Positions 45,527-56,110 of a DNA stretch of 64,000 nucleotides are shown piece after piece. Where the stretch lies: the NCBI GenBank assembly GCA_010093605.1, contig MU004185.1, positions 2,067,334 through 2,131,333 on the forward strand. The letters run 5' to 3'. Positions within the stretch are counted from its first letter, which is position 1. Every line of letters begins with the position of its first letter. The stretch comes from Lophium mytilinum. Lineage: Eukaryota. Position numbers and translations under genes: made by a program. The notes under the pieces are model-generated. The model worked only from the letters and a program-made list of their open reading frames with translations. It was not told the origin of the DNA and ran no database searches.

Positions 45527-47904
45527 ATGGGGGTATCAGACGAGGTGTACGAGCTCTGTCTGCCCGTACTGCAGGACGACTCCGTGGAAGAGGACGATCG
45601 GACGGACAAGCTTGAGGAGCTCTTGCGTCAGAAGACCACATTGGTGGGACCACAACTGGAAAATGCAGTCCTCGATTGTCTCTGGCGCTTCCGCGACGCG
45701 GGAAACTCGTCCAGCTCACCTCCCCCAAGCCGCCATACCGTGGTTCGCCGTCCCTCTCCTGCGCCTTGGCAGATTGGACGCGCCCCTACTCCTGTGAGCT
45801 CGTCTCCGAGGATGATACATCCTCCGCCTGGCTTTGGGATTGCCCCGCCTGGCTTCTCGAGGGTCAGGTCTTCGAACGGCTCTCCTTTCACTTCTCCCCG
45901 TCCCTCTCCTCGGCTTGCCTTTTCGAGTCCTTATATTCCCCATAGTCCGAGTCTCAGCGCATACCAACCCAGCGAAACTAGTCCTACCCCTGATGTCTAT
46001 GGCGACCTCGGCAGCGACTCTGTCGACTGGCTCGTTGGCGATGATTCAGGAAGGAGCGAGACTTCCTCCTTCACTGGCGATGGTACGCTCAATGGCGCTG
46101 CGGCCGAATGGGTCCAGCCCCAGATTGCAGATATGAGCCCGTATGACATGCTTCGCTCCATTCTTCGAGACGACCGCTCGGATGAAGACCTTGAGCGAGC
46201 CCTGGCGTCGAATAACTATGACCTGAGTGCGACAATTATATCTCTTATGAGCTCCGAGGCGTTTGAAGGCCAACATACCCCGGCCGCCACCGCCGAAACC
46301 CAGAATACTTACCTCATTGGCAAGTCGTTGAGCCCGGCATTCCGTCCATCTACCCCGGTGGGACAAGCAAAGAGCAATATTGTGTGTAAATATTTCCTCC
46401 AGAGCGGACATTGCGCTCGAGCAGATTGCAGGTTTAGTCATGACCCTAGTAAAACTCTTTGCAAGTAAGTCAGCTTACACTTAAGCGTTTGCGTTTCAAG
46501 ATATTGGCTAGAAAGTGCTAACATTTTGTCCTTCAGGTACTTCATGACAGGAAATTGTCTAGCCGGAACGACTTGCATCTTCTCCCATGACCCGTCTGCT
46601 CTCCTGTCCCGCTTGGCGCTAGAAGGTAGTTCCACGCCTCCCATCCAAGCGACGGTCCCCAATTTCCAGATGCAAGACTATGACTCGTTTCCAGCCCTCA
46701 ACCCACAGTGGGCGCAACAGCTTCAAGCACTCGAGCCAACTGCTCTAGAACAGCTCTACGGCACTGGTGGAAATGTCACCTCGCCTCCTCCAGGCTTGAG
46801 CCCCTTCCCAACATTTACCCCAAGCAGCTCTAGTCGGTCTCATTCTAGGCCAGGAAGCCGTCACCATTCTCGTGCGACCACACCATCCATTCCGGCTGTA
46901 GATGACAATGAGGCGTTTCCGAGCCTTGGTTCTGCAGCTGCAGCCAAGGCAGGTAAGAGACATCATGGAAAGCGAGGACATGGCCATGCGCACAAAGAAA
47001 ATGGCGGGCCTAACAGTCTTGCGGACTTGGTCCGGATGTCACCGTCCCCCAGTCCTGCTCAGCTGCGCAAGGGTGTAAGACCCGCAAAGAGCTTCAATGG
47101 CAGTAAAGAGAACAGCGCTGCAGCCCTAGCAATCCCGGCCCCAGAGCATATCCCATGGCAGGAGACCGGCGAGAACGCAAACAAGGCATATCTTCAGGCA
47201 CGCGCTGATGCATTCAAGCATGGCAGCATGAGGAACAAGTTTTTGCAGAGGTGAGGAAGTTGTCCCAGTCGAACAAGACTTAAGCTGATAGTAACAGTGC
47301 GGCACAAGCATGGAATCGTAGCGATTCGCGTGCGGCCAAAGCTCTCAGTCTCCGTGGCCAGAGCGAGAACAATCTCATGCGGGAAGCTCATCGTCAAGCT
47401 GCACAGCACCTATATGATGAGCGTAACAAGAACACTGGAAGTGCCCTTGAGCTATATGTTGACCTTCATGGTAAGTTCCTATGGTAGCTGTACTCCCATC
47501 GCATGCTAATCTATCTACCAGGTCTCCACCCCGAAGAAGCGGTCTCCTACCTCGAGGGCATCCTCCTTAAGCACGAATCATCTTCTCGTCCCCTCTATGC
47601 CATCACAGGCACAGGCCACCACTCCAAGAACGGCAAAGACAAGGTGGGTAAAGCGCTTCGTGGGTTCTTGAACGAATGGGGCTATGCCTTCGCCGAGTTT
47701 TCTGTGTCCGGTGACCGCAACAACGTAGGCGGCATCTTAGGTATCGACCCAAGTAGCTACGATCGCAGCGTTGGGGAGCGGAACAAGGATAGCGAGGTAG
47801 AGTCGCCCACGGATTCGGCTGCGGGTAAGGACACCAAGATCCGCATCATCAAGAAAGGAGAGATGGCGGATGTGCCAAAGGGTCCGAAGAAGGGCAACTC
47901 ATGA
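45527..47904 (+). CDS. Tandem CCCH zinc finger + DUF1771/Smr-domain protein with a PAM2-like motif
   Basis: CKYFLQSGHCARADCRFSH; CKYFMTGNCLAGTTCIFSH; YVDLHG/LHPEEAVSYL...YAITGTGHHSKNG (Smr); LNGAAAEWVQP. Introns at ~46465-46537, ~47251-47298 and ~47471-47521. Confidence 0.88.
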
Positions 47905-48281
47905 CACGAGTCCTGGATAGCAATGAAATAAGAAACCTCTAACTCATCTCCTACGTCTCTGTTGATTGCTTTGATCGTGTGGTGATGATGTCGGGAGGGA
48001 TTTGAGGCGCGGTCTTGGCCCGAGCCTATCTCGACGACACGTCGTGGGCTGCAACTGCTTCAACTGACCACAGACAGGGCACATGAGCATCAAAGCCTCA
48101 ACCGATGCAACCCAGTGTTCGTAAGTTACCATCCCCTTTTTTCATCTCATGGAGAGACCAACATCGCTGCAGCACCGCAACATCACTGCTCTTCCCATCC
48201 ATAGCTCTCGCGACAGGTGTCACAACGCCCTCTATACAGACCCGCAATTGCATCGCGCTTCAAACTGGCCCACACTCCACA

Positions 48282-49511
48282 ATGTCCACCCACCCCACCT
48301 CCCCATCCTCCCTCCTCTGGGCCGCCCAGCTCAAACGCGAACACGCCCACCTCCTCGCCCGCCTGCAAACCCTCGAATCCACCACCGCAACCCTCGCCTC
48401 CGCCAACAACCTCTCCCGCCTCGAGTCCTCCGCGAAAGACCTCACCAAGCGCGTCATAGCCCTCGAAGACGACGCCAAGGACGTGAAAGAGTGGATCGAG
48501 ACGCTCGACGAGGAGCGCCAGGCGGGGATGCGCGAGGAGGGCGAGAAGGTGGAGCGGATTGCGCGGAAGGTGGTTGAAGTGCAGTTGGCGGTTAAAGAGG
48601 GGGAGCGGGAGAGGGGGGCAATAAAGAGGGTGGTGGAGATGGTCGCGGGGAAGGTGAAGAATATGGATGGCCCCCCCTCGCTGAGTAGGAAGAATGATGA
48701 GGGGGATGTGAAGGTGCTTGCCAGGCGGTTGGATGCGGTGGAGGCGGGGAGGAGGGAGGCGGAGAGGAGGGCGGGGGAATTCGGGAGGAGGGTGGAGGTG
48801 TTGGAGGGGAGGAATGAGGAGATGGGGAGGGAGAAGGGGGTGTTAGAGACGGAGGTGGGGAGGTTGAGGGGGCTTTTGGAGGAAGGAAGGGAGGGGGTCC
48901 GGGATTCTGAGAGGACGACGCAGGTGCTGGAGGTGGAGAAGGGGTTGGAGAGTACACAGGACGTGGTGGAGACGGTTGAGAGGAGGTATGGAAGATGCAG
49001 ATGGAAGAAGTTTGCTACGCAGAGGGACGTTTTCCTGACTTTTGACAGTTCTTCCGATAATAGCACGCAACTCCAGAACTCACCAACGTTCTCAGCATCA
49101 CTGCGCCGATCGGTCAGGATCGCGCCGCGGTACAACGAACCATCATTCCAACCAGCCCAAATCATTGATCAGCCGTCGCAAATATGGTCGGACATAGGCT
49201 TGACACAGAAGCAACCAGGTGCCGCAAACTCGAGGAAGAAGAGACAGGCAGCACCCAACCAGGACACAAGTCAGAAGAAGAGCAGTCAGACGAAAAGCAG
49301 CCAGCTGAAGGGCAAGGCGAAGTCCGTCAAAGAGAAGTTGATCGCCATCAAGCCTCCAGAGCAGCGCCCGGCGGTCGAACCAAAGACTATCATCATCTCA
49401 GACCCAGCAAAGGCGGACCCAGTGCCAGCAGAGAGACCGCGAAAGCGCAAACGGAGAGAGATACCCCAAGAAATCGACTTGGAGACCTTTGCCGCAATGG
49501 CTGGTATCTAG
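48282..49511 (+). CDS. Hypothetical coiled-coil protein with basic C-terminus
   Basis: MSTHPTSPSSLLWAAQLKREHAHLLARLQTLE... heptad-rich; probable in-frame intron at ~48986-49048; RPRKRKRR NLS-like motif. Confidence 0.7.
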   Translation: MSTHPTSPSSLLWAAQLKREHAHLLARLQTLESTTATLASANNLSRLESSAKDLTKRVIALEDDAKDVKEWIETLDEERQAGMREEGEKVERIARKVVEVQLAVKEGERERGAIKRVVEMVAGKVKNMDGPPSLSRKNDEGDVKVLARRLDAVEAGRREAERRAGEFGRRVEVLEGRNEEMGREKGVLETEVGRLRGLLEEGREGVRDSERTTQVLEVEKGLESTQDVVETVERRYGRCRWKKFATQRDVFLTFDSSSDNSTQLQNSPTFSASLRRSVRIAPRYNEPSFQPAQIIDQPSQIWSDIGLTQKQPGAANSRKKRQAAPNQDTSQKKSSQTKSSQLKGKAKSVKEKLIAIKPPEQRPAVEPKTIIISDPAKADPVPAERPRKRKRREIPQEIDLETFAAMAGI

Positions 49512-49603
49512 ATCGCGATCTATGTACACTCAGGCTGCCCCTATGCCCAAATCATTCTCTATCATCTTCAAATATCAACAAAAATGCCCCCTCCCTGTAT
49601 TTC

Positions 49604-50554
49604 TCACGTCTCCTTGAACTCATAGGGCCCCTCCCTCTCCACGACCTCAACCTCCATATCCGCCTCATGGATCTCCCTCCCCCCAATCTTCAGTCCAGCA
49701 CGCATCACATCCCCCGCTTTTACGCTCCCCACCCCCTTCGGCGTCCCCGTAAGTACAATATCCCCCTTCTCCAGCGTCATCACCTTACTGATGTCACTCA
49801 GCTGCCTCGGAATCCGAAACAGCATGAGCTCCGTGCTATCAGCCTGGCGCACCTGGTTATTCACGCTGAGCCAGAGATGCGCGTTGTGCGGGTCCGGGAT
49901 GCGTGATTTGGAAATCAGATTGCTGACGGGCATGAAAGTATCGAAGCCTTTCGCAATGCTCCAGGGGAGGCCTTTGCGCTTGGCTTCGTCTTGCACGTTG
50001 CGGGCCGTCATGTCGATTGCGAGGAGGTATGCTGTTATAGTCTCTTGTTAGCTGTTCTACTTTTTCTTATAAGAGTGTTTTGAGTGTCGGTGTAATTATC
50101 TGAGCCGTGTAGCGGCAATCGGTGGGAATAGAGGATGTGTAGCAGTATATATATACCTTCAATCGAATCTAACGCCCCCTTCGTATCCTCTGGATCTAGA
50201 TCTCGCACTGTCTTGCCCATGACCAACCCTAGTTCCACTTCATAGTGCATTTCCACGCCCCGCGGCCGCAACACTGGCCCGCCGCCGGGGAGCAGCATCG
50301 CGCTGGGGGGCTTGAGGAAGAAGAAGGGTTGTTTGGGCCGCGCGCTGTTGAGTTCTTTTATATGGTCGCTGCGGAATATTTTCTCAGTTCTAATTACTAG
50401 GACTGAGGTTTGAGAATCAAATAAAGGGGGCGTACGCGTAATTCCGGCCTATACACATAACCTGCCAGAAATGTCAGTAGGAGTACATGAAGTGGGGGTA
50501 ACGCGGGGAGGTTACTTTGCGGCAATTGGCCCGTACGGACGCGATGGTGGCCAT
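49604..50554 (-). CDS. Fumarylacetoacetate hydrolase family protein (FAHD1/Fmp41-like)
   Basis: MATIASVRANCRK/VMCIGRNYA/DHIKELN...PFFFLKPPS...HYEVELG/...IDMTARNVQDEAKRKGLPWSIAKGFDTF...TLEKGDIVLTGTPKGVG. Confidence 0.93.
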
Positions 50555-50827
50555 TTTGAGGAAGAGAAGCAATTCGTGCAGCTACTTTAGTATGTACAAG
50601 AAGCAGAAGTGCGTATTTCCTGGCGGGAGTCAGAGGTGGTGGAGCGCGAATTGCGGAGGTGAGGTTTGGTCGCGGAGCTCTTTTCGCCGAAGCCGCGGGA
50701 GAGAGGCCGCTCACTACACCATCGTCATTATCCCGATTCCAATTCAATCATCGTTCGAGCTTCTACTTGTATTCCGCGTAAGAATATACTGTAGAGCAGA
50801 AGTATTCCGTCCACAGCAATATCCACA

Positions 50828-51188
50828 ATGCAGATCGCAGAGATCCTCTCGGATTTGACGTCTCTCCGCGTCTGCGTATGTTGCCCAGGACCCCCGCCAT
50901 CACCTTGATGCTCTGTTCACCCTTCCCGGCCATCGTGTACTGACATAGCGTATATAGGATCCTGCTGCAGCACTCTCCCTCGTCTCCGTGGGCGCTGACT
51001 CCTCTCCCTCACGCTCGAAAGCCGATCCCAGCGCTACTAAGAAGGACGACGATGACACGGATCTGAAGCGCGCAAAGGATCTGGTGGAGCTGCATTATAC
51101 GGTCAAAATGGCACATGGGGATGGAGAGCCGGATCAGGAGCTTGCGCAGCTCCGGGGGAGTGTTAGGAGGGCTGTTGGGGCGAGGTGA
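50828..51188 (+). CDS. Small hypothetical protein, 2 exons
   Basis: MQIAEILSDLTSLRVC|intron ~50876-50957|DPAAALSLVSV...DDTDLKRAKDLVELHY...RRAVGAR*. Confidence 0.7.
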
Positions 51189-51351
51189 AGCAGCGGGGTG
51201 CTTGGGATTGGAGTTTAGGGGTTGGAGGTGAGGATACCCGGTATGAGTAGGGGCGTTGGACGAAGGCCTTCGCAGGTTATTGCACTGCGGGATTCGCAGG
51301 GGTTGCTGTTCTTGCTGGAAAGCATTGGTTATATTGCTTCAAGATGTCCTA

Positions 51352-51555
51352 CAGCAGTTCACCACGTCCGGTGAACAAGCGCTAAAATCAAGCCACAGAC
51401 TTACCATCTAAGGTAGCTTTTCCGGCCGGCCTTAAGGGTAATTAGCAGCCTCCTAGCCAATCAGTCTTTGAGCCAAATCACCATTAGCCCGGAAAAGTGG
51501 TCGACTTGGGTCGTCTCAGTTTTCGCGCTAGGTCACCGGACGTAGTGAACTGCTG
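51352..51555. mobile_element. MITE (Tc1/mariner-type), 204 bp, TA TSD
   Basis: TA|CAGCAGTTCACCACGTCCGGTGAAC ... GGTCACCGGACGTAGTGAACTGCTG|TA; imperfect TIR of ~35 bp; no ORF. Confidence 0.85.
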
Positions 51556-52022
51556 TATGTGTGTTGAGGAAAAGGCGGCAGCCCCCTAGTTCGTGGGGCG
51601 GATACTAGTCACGTTTGCGGTGGGATTGGTAATATCATTTACCTACGCTAGTATGCCATGGTTAGGTACTTCGAGAGGTTTCAAAACGGAGCGAGCAGCA
51701 ACTTTGACGATCGATTTGTAAAATCGTATGGCCGCTCATGGAGAACTTCATCTACCACACAAGGCGAACATCACACTGCTTGACACTCAGAGTACATCTC
51801 CAATCAAGATCATAGCGAACGAAGAAGAATTGTAGTATTCAAGAGTCTCAAATTAGGTGTTTCCTGTTTACGGCTAGGTCAAACAAGACTGGAGGAGTGG
51901 TGTAATAGAACAGTAAGGTACTTGAGGTGTGAGCGGGGCGATGGGCTTCCTGTTCAAGACAGCGTACAAGAGAAAGATGAAAGACTAGGGAATGGGAGCA
52001 TGGAGCGGGACGTAAGATACGT

Positions 52023-52828
52023 TCAAGTTAATACTGGAGGATTGGCAGGAGCACGGCCGGCTTTCTCGTTGATCTTCGGCTTGATTTCCGCAGCAATCTC
52101 TCGACCGAGCAGCGCATCGTACACCCAGTTGGGGGTATACGCTCTGGTCTTGTCCTTCTTTCGAATCTTGGTGGTGGTAGAGGTCGTGTTGACGGTGGCA
52201 GGTCTCTTCACCAATGGTTCTGCTCCAATTGTCAGCATTGTACATCCGTTGTGCAGGCAGAACAACCCACCTTGCTCAACAGACTCTTCAGCGGCACCCT
52301 CTTGGCCTTCTCTGGCGGTCTCGGCTGCGGACTCGGCTTCAGACGCCGCCGAGGAAGCTGCGGACTCGCGCTCCTCCTTCACCGAAGCGGCTCTAGAGGC
52401 CGCTGCAGAGGCGGCTGCCGACTTGGATGAAGCGGCGGCAGACGGGGGAACCTCTTTCTGTTGGCCGTTGTTGGCAGTCGCATCGCCATCTGCTGTCGCT
52501 GTGATATCTGGCTTCTCGTCTTTCTGTCCCTCCTCTGCGGGCTCTTCATTTGTCTCAGTTGCGCCGCCGGCACCCTCTGGCTCAGCTGGTGTGGAATCCT
52601 GGTTGGATTCATTGCCGACAGCGACATCGGCCTCCGAATCAGCGACAGTGACGTTGGCTTCGGCTCCCTTCTCAGTCGTGACCGTCATCTCAGCGGGTGG
52701 AGCGTTGTTAGCTGTGTGGACATGTCAGCGTAGGTGGCATCTCATACAGTAGGCTACTCACTGGGCTCGTTGGCCGGTGGGTCAACGGTGATGGCTGGGT
52801 TAGTGGAAGACTGAGATTGGCCTTCCAT
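52023..52828 (-). CDS. Hypothetical low-complexity (Ala/Glu-rich) protein, probably 3 exons
   Basis: MEGQSQSSTNPAITVDPPANEP|intron|...AASVKEERESAASSAASEAESAAE...|intron|...KKDKTRAYTPNWVYDALLGREIAAEIKPK. Confidence 0.6.
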
Positions 52829-53384
52829 CGGGTAATGGGAGGGGGATTGGGATCACACTGGCCGACGAAGGAGGGGATACGGATAGAAGCAAAAAGAATG
52901 GTGGGCGGGAATGAGAGGTGCTGGTTGGGACGATGGCGGTGTGATGGATGAACAACAAGCAGCGATGAACAGAGAGGAGAAGGGAAGCTTGTGATAAGAA
53001 GCCATAGCGACTTCCATAGCACTTGGAGAAGGAACGAGAGGACGACGAACTGGGGTGAGAAGGATAGATGCAAGTTCTAGGTGAGAAAGAGCGTGCACGA
53101 CGCGCTATAATGGTATTCATGGCATTTTGATGTCAAGAATCAAATATACGTGTTATCAATTGAGACCCAGCTTCTACACAGTACGATAATAGAACCGGGC
53201 AAGTTCCGAAGAGGATAGCTTCATGTTGTGTTTCGAACTTCATGAGATGAGGATGGAATTTTTTAGGTGATTATCTTCGGACTCTCCTATCCCGCTACGT
53301 TTGTATGCAAGCTCAAGATAGGAGCATGCAGGCACGCAGGGGGACGTCGATGGCAGCGGGAGGCCGCATTGCAGGGGTGGAGAC

Positions 53385-53407
53385 TGACGTAGTGTACACG
53401 TGACTAA
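53385..53407. promoter_or_regulatory. Clustered bZIP/bHLH-like motifs (TGACGT, CACGTGAC, TGACTAA) in a divergent promoter
   Basis: ctgacgtagtgtacacgtgactaagc, ~165 bp upstream of the PWI gene ATG. Confidence 0.3.
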
Positions 53408-53568
53408 GCGGAGCGGAAAAACGATTGACCGGCAACTTCATGTTTAGCTCGCCTCGCGCGTTCACTTCTTCAACCTCGTCACCGTCCTTCCTTCCACATC
53501 TTCTCAGTCACCACCGGCAGACACGACGGGCAAACCCTCGACACGCTCTCGCGTCGAGTACGCCCGCG

Positions 53569-55040
53569 ATGGCCACCACCACCGATCAGAAGCTGTTGAA
53601 GGCGACGAAGTTTCCACCGGAGTTTGACATCAAGGTCTACACCAAAAAAGTCAACATCGAAGTCTTGAAGAAGTCAGTGCGCCCTTTCCCTCGCATCAGA
53701 CTTGTGCTAACACCAGTGTGCTATTCTAGATGGATTACGAACAGAATCACCACCATTATGGGAACCGAGGACGACATCGTGATCGAGACGTGCTTCAACT
53801 TGTTGGATGTTGAACGCGTACGTAGCCCTGTACTCAATTGCGACCTATGACCGTCCACTAACAGTTCCACCAGCCGGACATCAAGTCAATTCAGATTGCA
53901 CTCACTGGCTTCCTCGACAAAGATGCTGCATCCTTCTGCAAAGAGTTGTGGCTGCTATGCATCAGCGCGCAGAACAGCGATTCCGGAGTCCCGAAGGAGC
54001 TACTTGAAGCGAAGAAGAAGGAACTCATCCAGGAGAAGGTAAGTGTTCTCTCCGTTGCTGGTGTGTCACCTCTCTAACAGTTCCTCAAGCTTGAACAAGA
54101 ACGACTCGCGACCGAGGCCAGAAAGCGACGTGAACAGGACGATACCAGAGACCGAGACGTTGACGATGTGCGTTTCCGAGAGCGCAACGAGCGCGGAAAA
54201 GGTCGCGGCCGTGGACCTCGCGGTGGCTTTCGAGGCGACCGAGGTAGTAGATACCACGACAGGCGCTCGCCACGTCGCGATTCCAGAACCCCACCGAGGC
54301 GCGGTCCAACTCAGCAAGATCGAGATAGCTACAAACCAGCTGACCGCTGTGGCAACGAGCGTAGCAGGTCCAGATCGCCCCCGCGTAGGAACACGTCTTC
54401 GAGTCTGTCGCCATCTCCCGAGATCATCACCGGCGACAAATCTCCACCCCGACGCCGTAGCCCGTCCCCGCACGACCGACGTGAAGCAGACACTTACGCA
54501 CCGGGAAGAGGACGTGGCCACGATCGTGGCAGGGTCCGATCACGCTCGCCCCGACGCCGCGTGCACTCACCCAGCCGTTCGCGGTCCCCACCTGCGAAGC
54601 GCTCCCGGTATCAGTCCAGGACCAGGTCGCCTTCGCGTCGAGGTTACAGAGGAGGAGCACGGAATAGGTATGCGCGCGACAGAAGCATCACTCCACCTCG
54701 TCGGCGGCGCTCACCCTCGCCCCGGTCACGGGCAGCTCGGAGGGCTCGCTCGGTGTCCATGGCCTCTTCACGCAGTCGCTCCCCTCCTCGACGCCGGGGT
54801 GGGAAGAGCCGTCGGCGAAGCCCAAGCTGGAGTGAACGATCCGTCAGCCCTAGGAGGGAGAGGCGAAAGAGATATCGCACCACATCACCTCCCTCTGATG
54901 ACGAAAAAGGACGACGAGCTGATTTGAACAAGGAAACCCGTAGGACTACTCGGGAGCGCTCGCGCTCACCCAGCCGGCATGCAGCAGCGTCCCGCGACAG
55001 GAGTGAATCTCATTCCCGTGCTTCCCCGATGCAAGACTGA
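53569..55040 (+). CDS. PWI-domain SR-rich splicing coactivator (SRRM1/SRm160-like)
   Basis: KATKFPPEFDIKVYTKKVNIEVLKK/WITNRITTIMGTEDDIVIE...PDIKSIQIALTGFLDKDAASFCKELWLLCISAQ, followed by a long RS/RSP-rich tail. Confidence 0.9.
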
Positions 55041-55440
55041 GGCGAAGTCCGAGGCGTTGTCAAAGGTAATCCGTATCAACCCCAAGATTACCAACTTTCT
55101 AGATCCATTTTGCATCACAGATGCCGCTGCATGGAAGACCTCGGTGTCTTTAGCTACCTGTCAAATAGCAATACCCTTCACCTTGATTCTGCGGTCAGGA
55201 TGTTGTGTATTGAATTTTGGACGTGAATCACGTTATCTGACAAAAGCTAATGGCACCCTAGGAATCCGACTGAAGGTCCTCCCAACATGCTGAACAGCTG
55301 TCAGTTCAGCACAGAATCAGACTCAATTTGTAGGTGTTTTTCTTTGGTTTCTTCCCCATGCCTTTGAATTGGGGGCCTTCGGGCGGTTGATTGGCTAAGA
55401 GCCGGTTGGAAGCTTCTGTAGTTTACAAATGAAAATGAGT

Positions 55441-56110
55441 CTTAAATCACACTGTGCCCACGTGCGTTCTGGGGCACTGGTAGACCCTCTTGTGCGCCCC
55501 TGACCTAATCAAACATGTTGATTCATGAATGTCACGTTTCGGAAGGTTCAAATTTGAGCGGTTGCGGCTTCACTTTGGAGGAGGGCTGATATAGAAGCTG
55601 GCGCAGTAGGATAGCAAAGACCGTCTTAAATCGCGTGATAATCACGTAAGTTTTGGGGCATTGGTAGACCCTGTAAGGCGCCCCTGGCCTATCCAAGTTT
55701 CGAAATCACGGATGTCACGTTCTGGAGGGTTCAAATCAGACCCACTATGCTTGAATCTTGGAGGAGGGCCGATATCGAGGCTAGAGCAATAGGAACGTGA
55801 AAACACCCCCTGAATTGCACCACAAGGACATCGGTTTGGGGGGTTAGGAAACTCAGCGAGACGCTCCTGGCCTAATCCATTTTCAAAATTATGGATGTCT
55901 CGTTCTGCAACGTTCAAATTAGAGCATCTGCGGCTTCGCATTGGAGGAGTGCTAATATCGAAGCTTGAGCAATTCAAAAGCAGAAGACGTCCTGAATTGG
56001 ACCATATTTACAACACTTTTGCGGCCCTGTTTGCGCCTCTCAGACGCCCCTGGCCTAACCAAGTTTCTAAAACGCGAATGTAACGTTCTGGACCCTTCAG
56101 ATCAGACCTA
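55441..56110. repeat. ~184-bp period degenerate tandem repeat, ~3.7 copies
   Basis: Units start at 55441, 55625, 55810 and 55992. Recurrent blocks are CGCCCCTGGCCTA, ATGT(C/A)ACGTTCTG..GGTTCAAAT and TTGGAGGAG.GC..ATAT.GA.GCT. Confidence 0.85.

Noticed and set aside
52023..52828. Dpy-30/Sdc1 identity for the low-complexity protein
   Set aside because: No Dpy-30 motif found in the reading frames examined.
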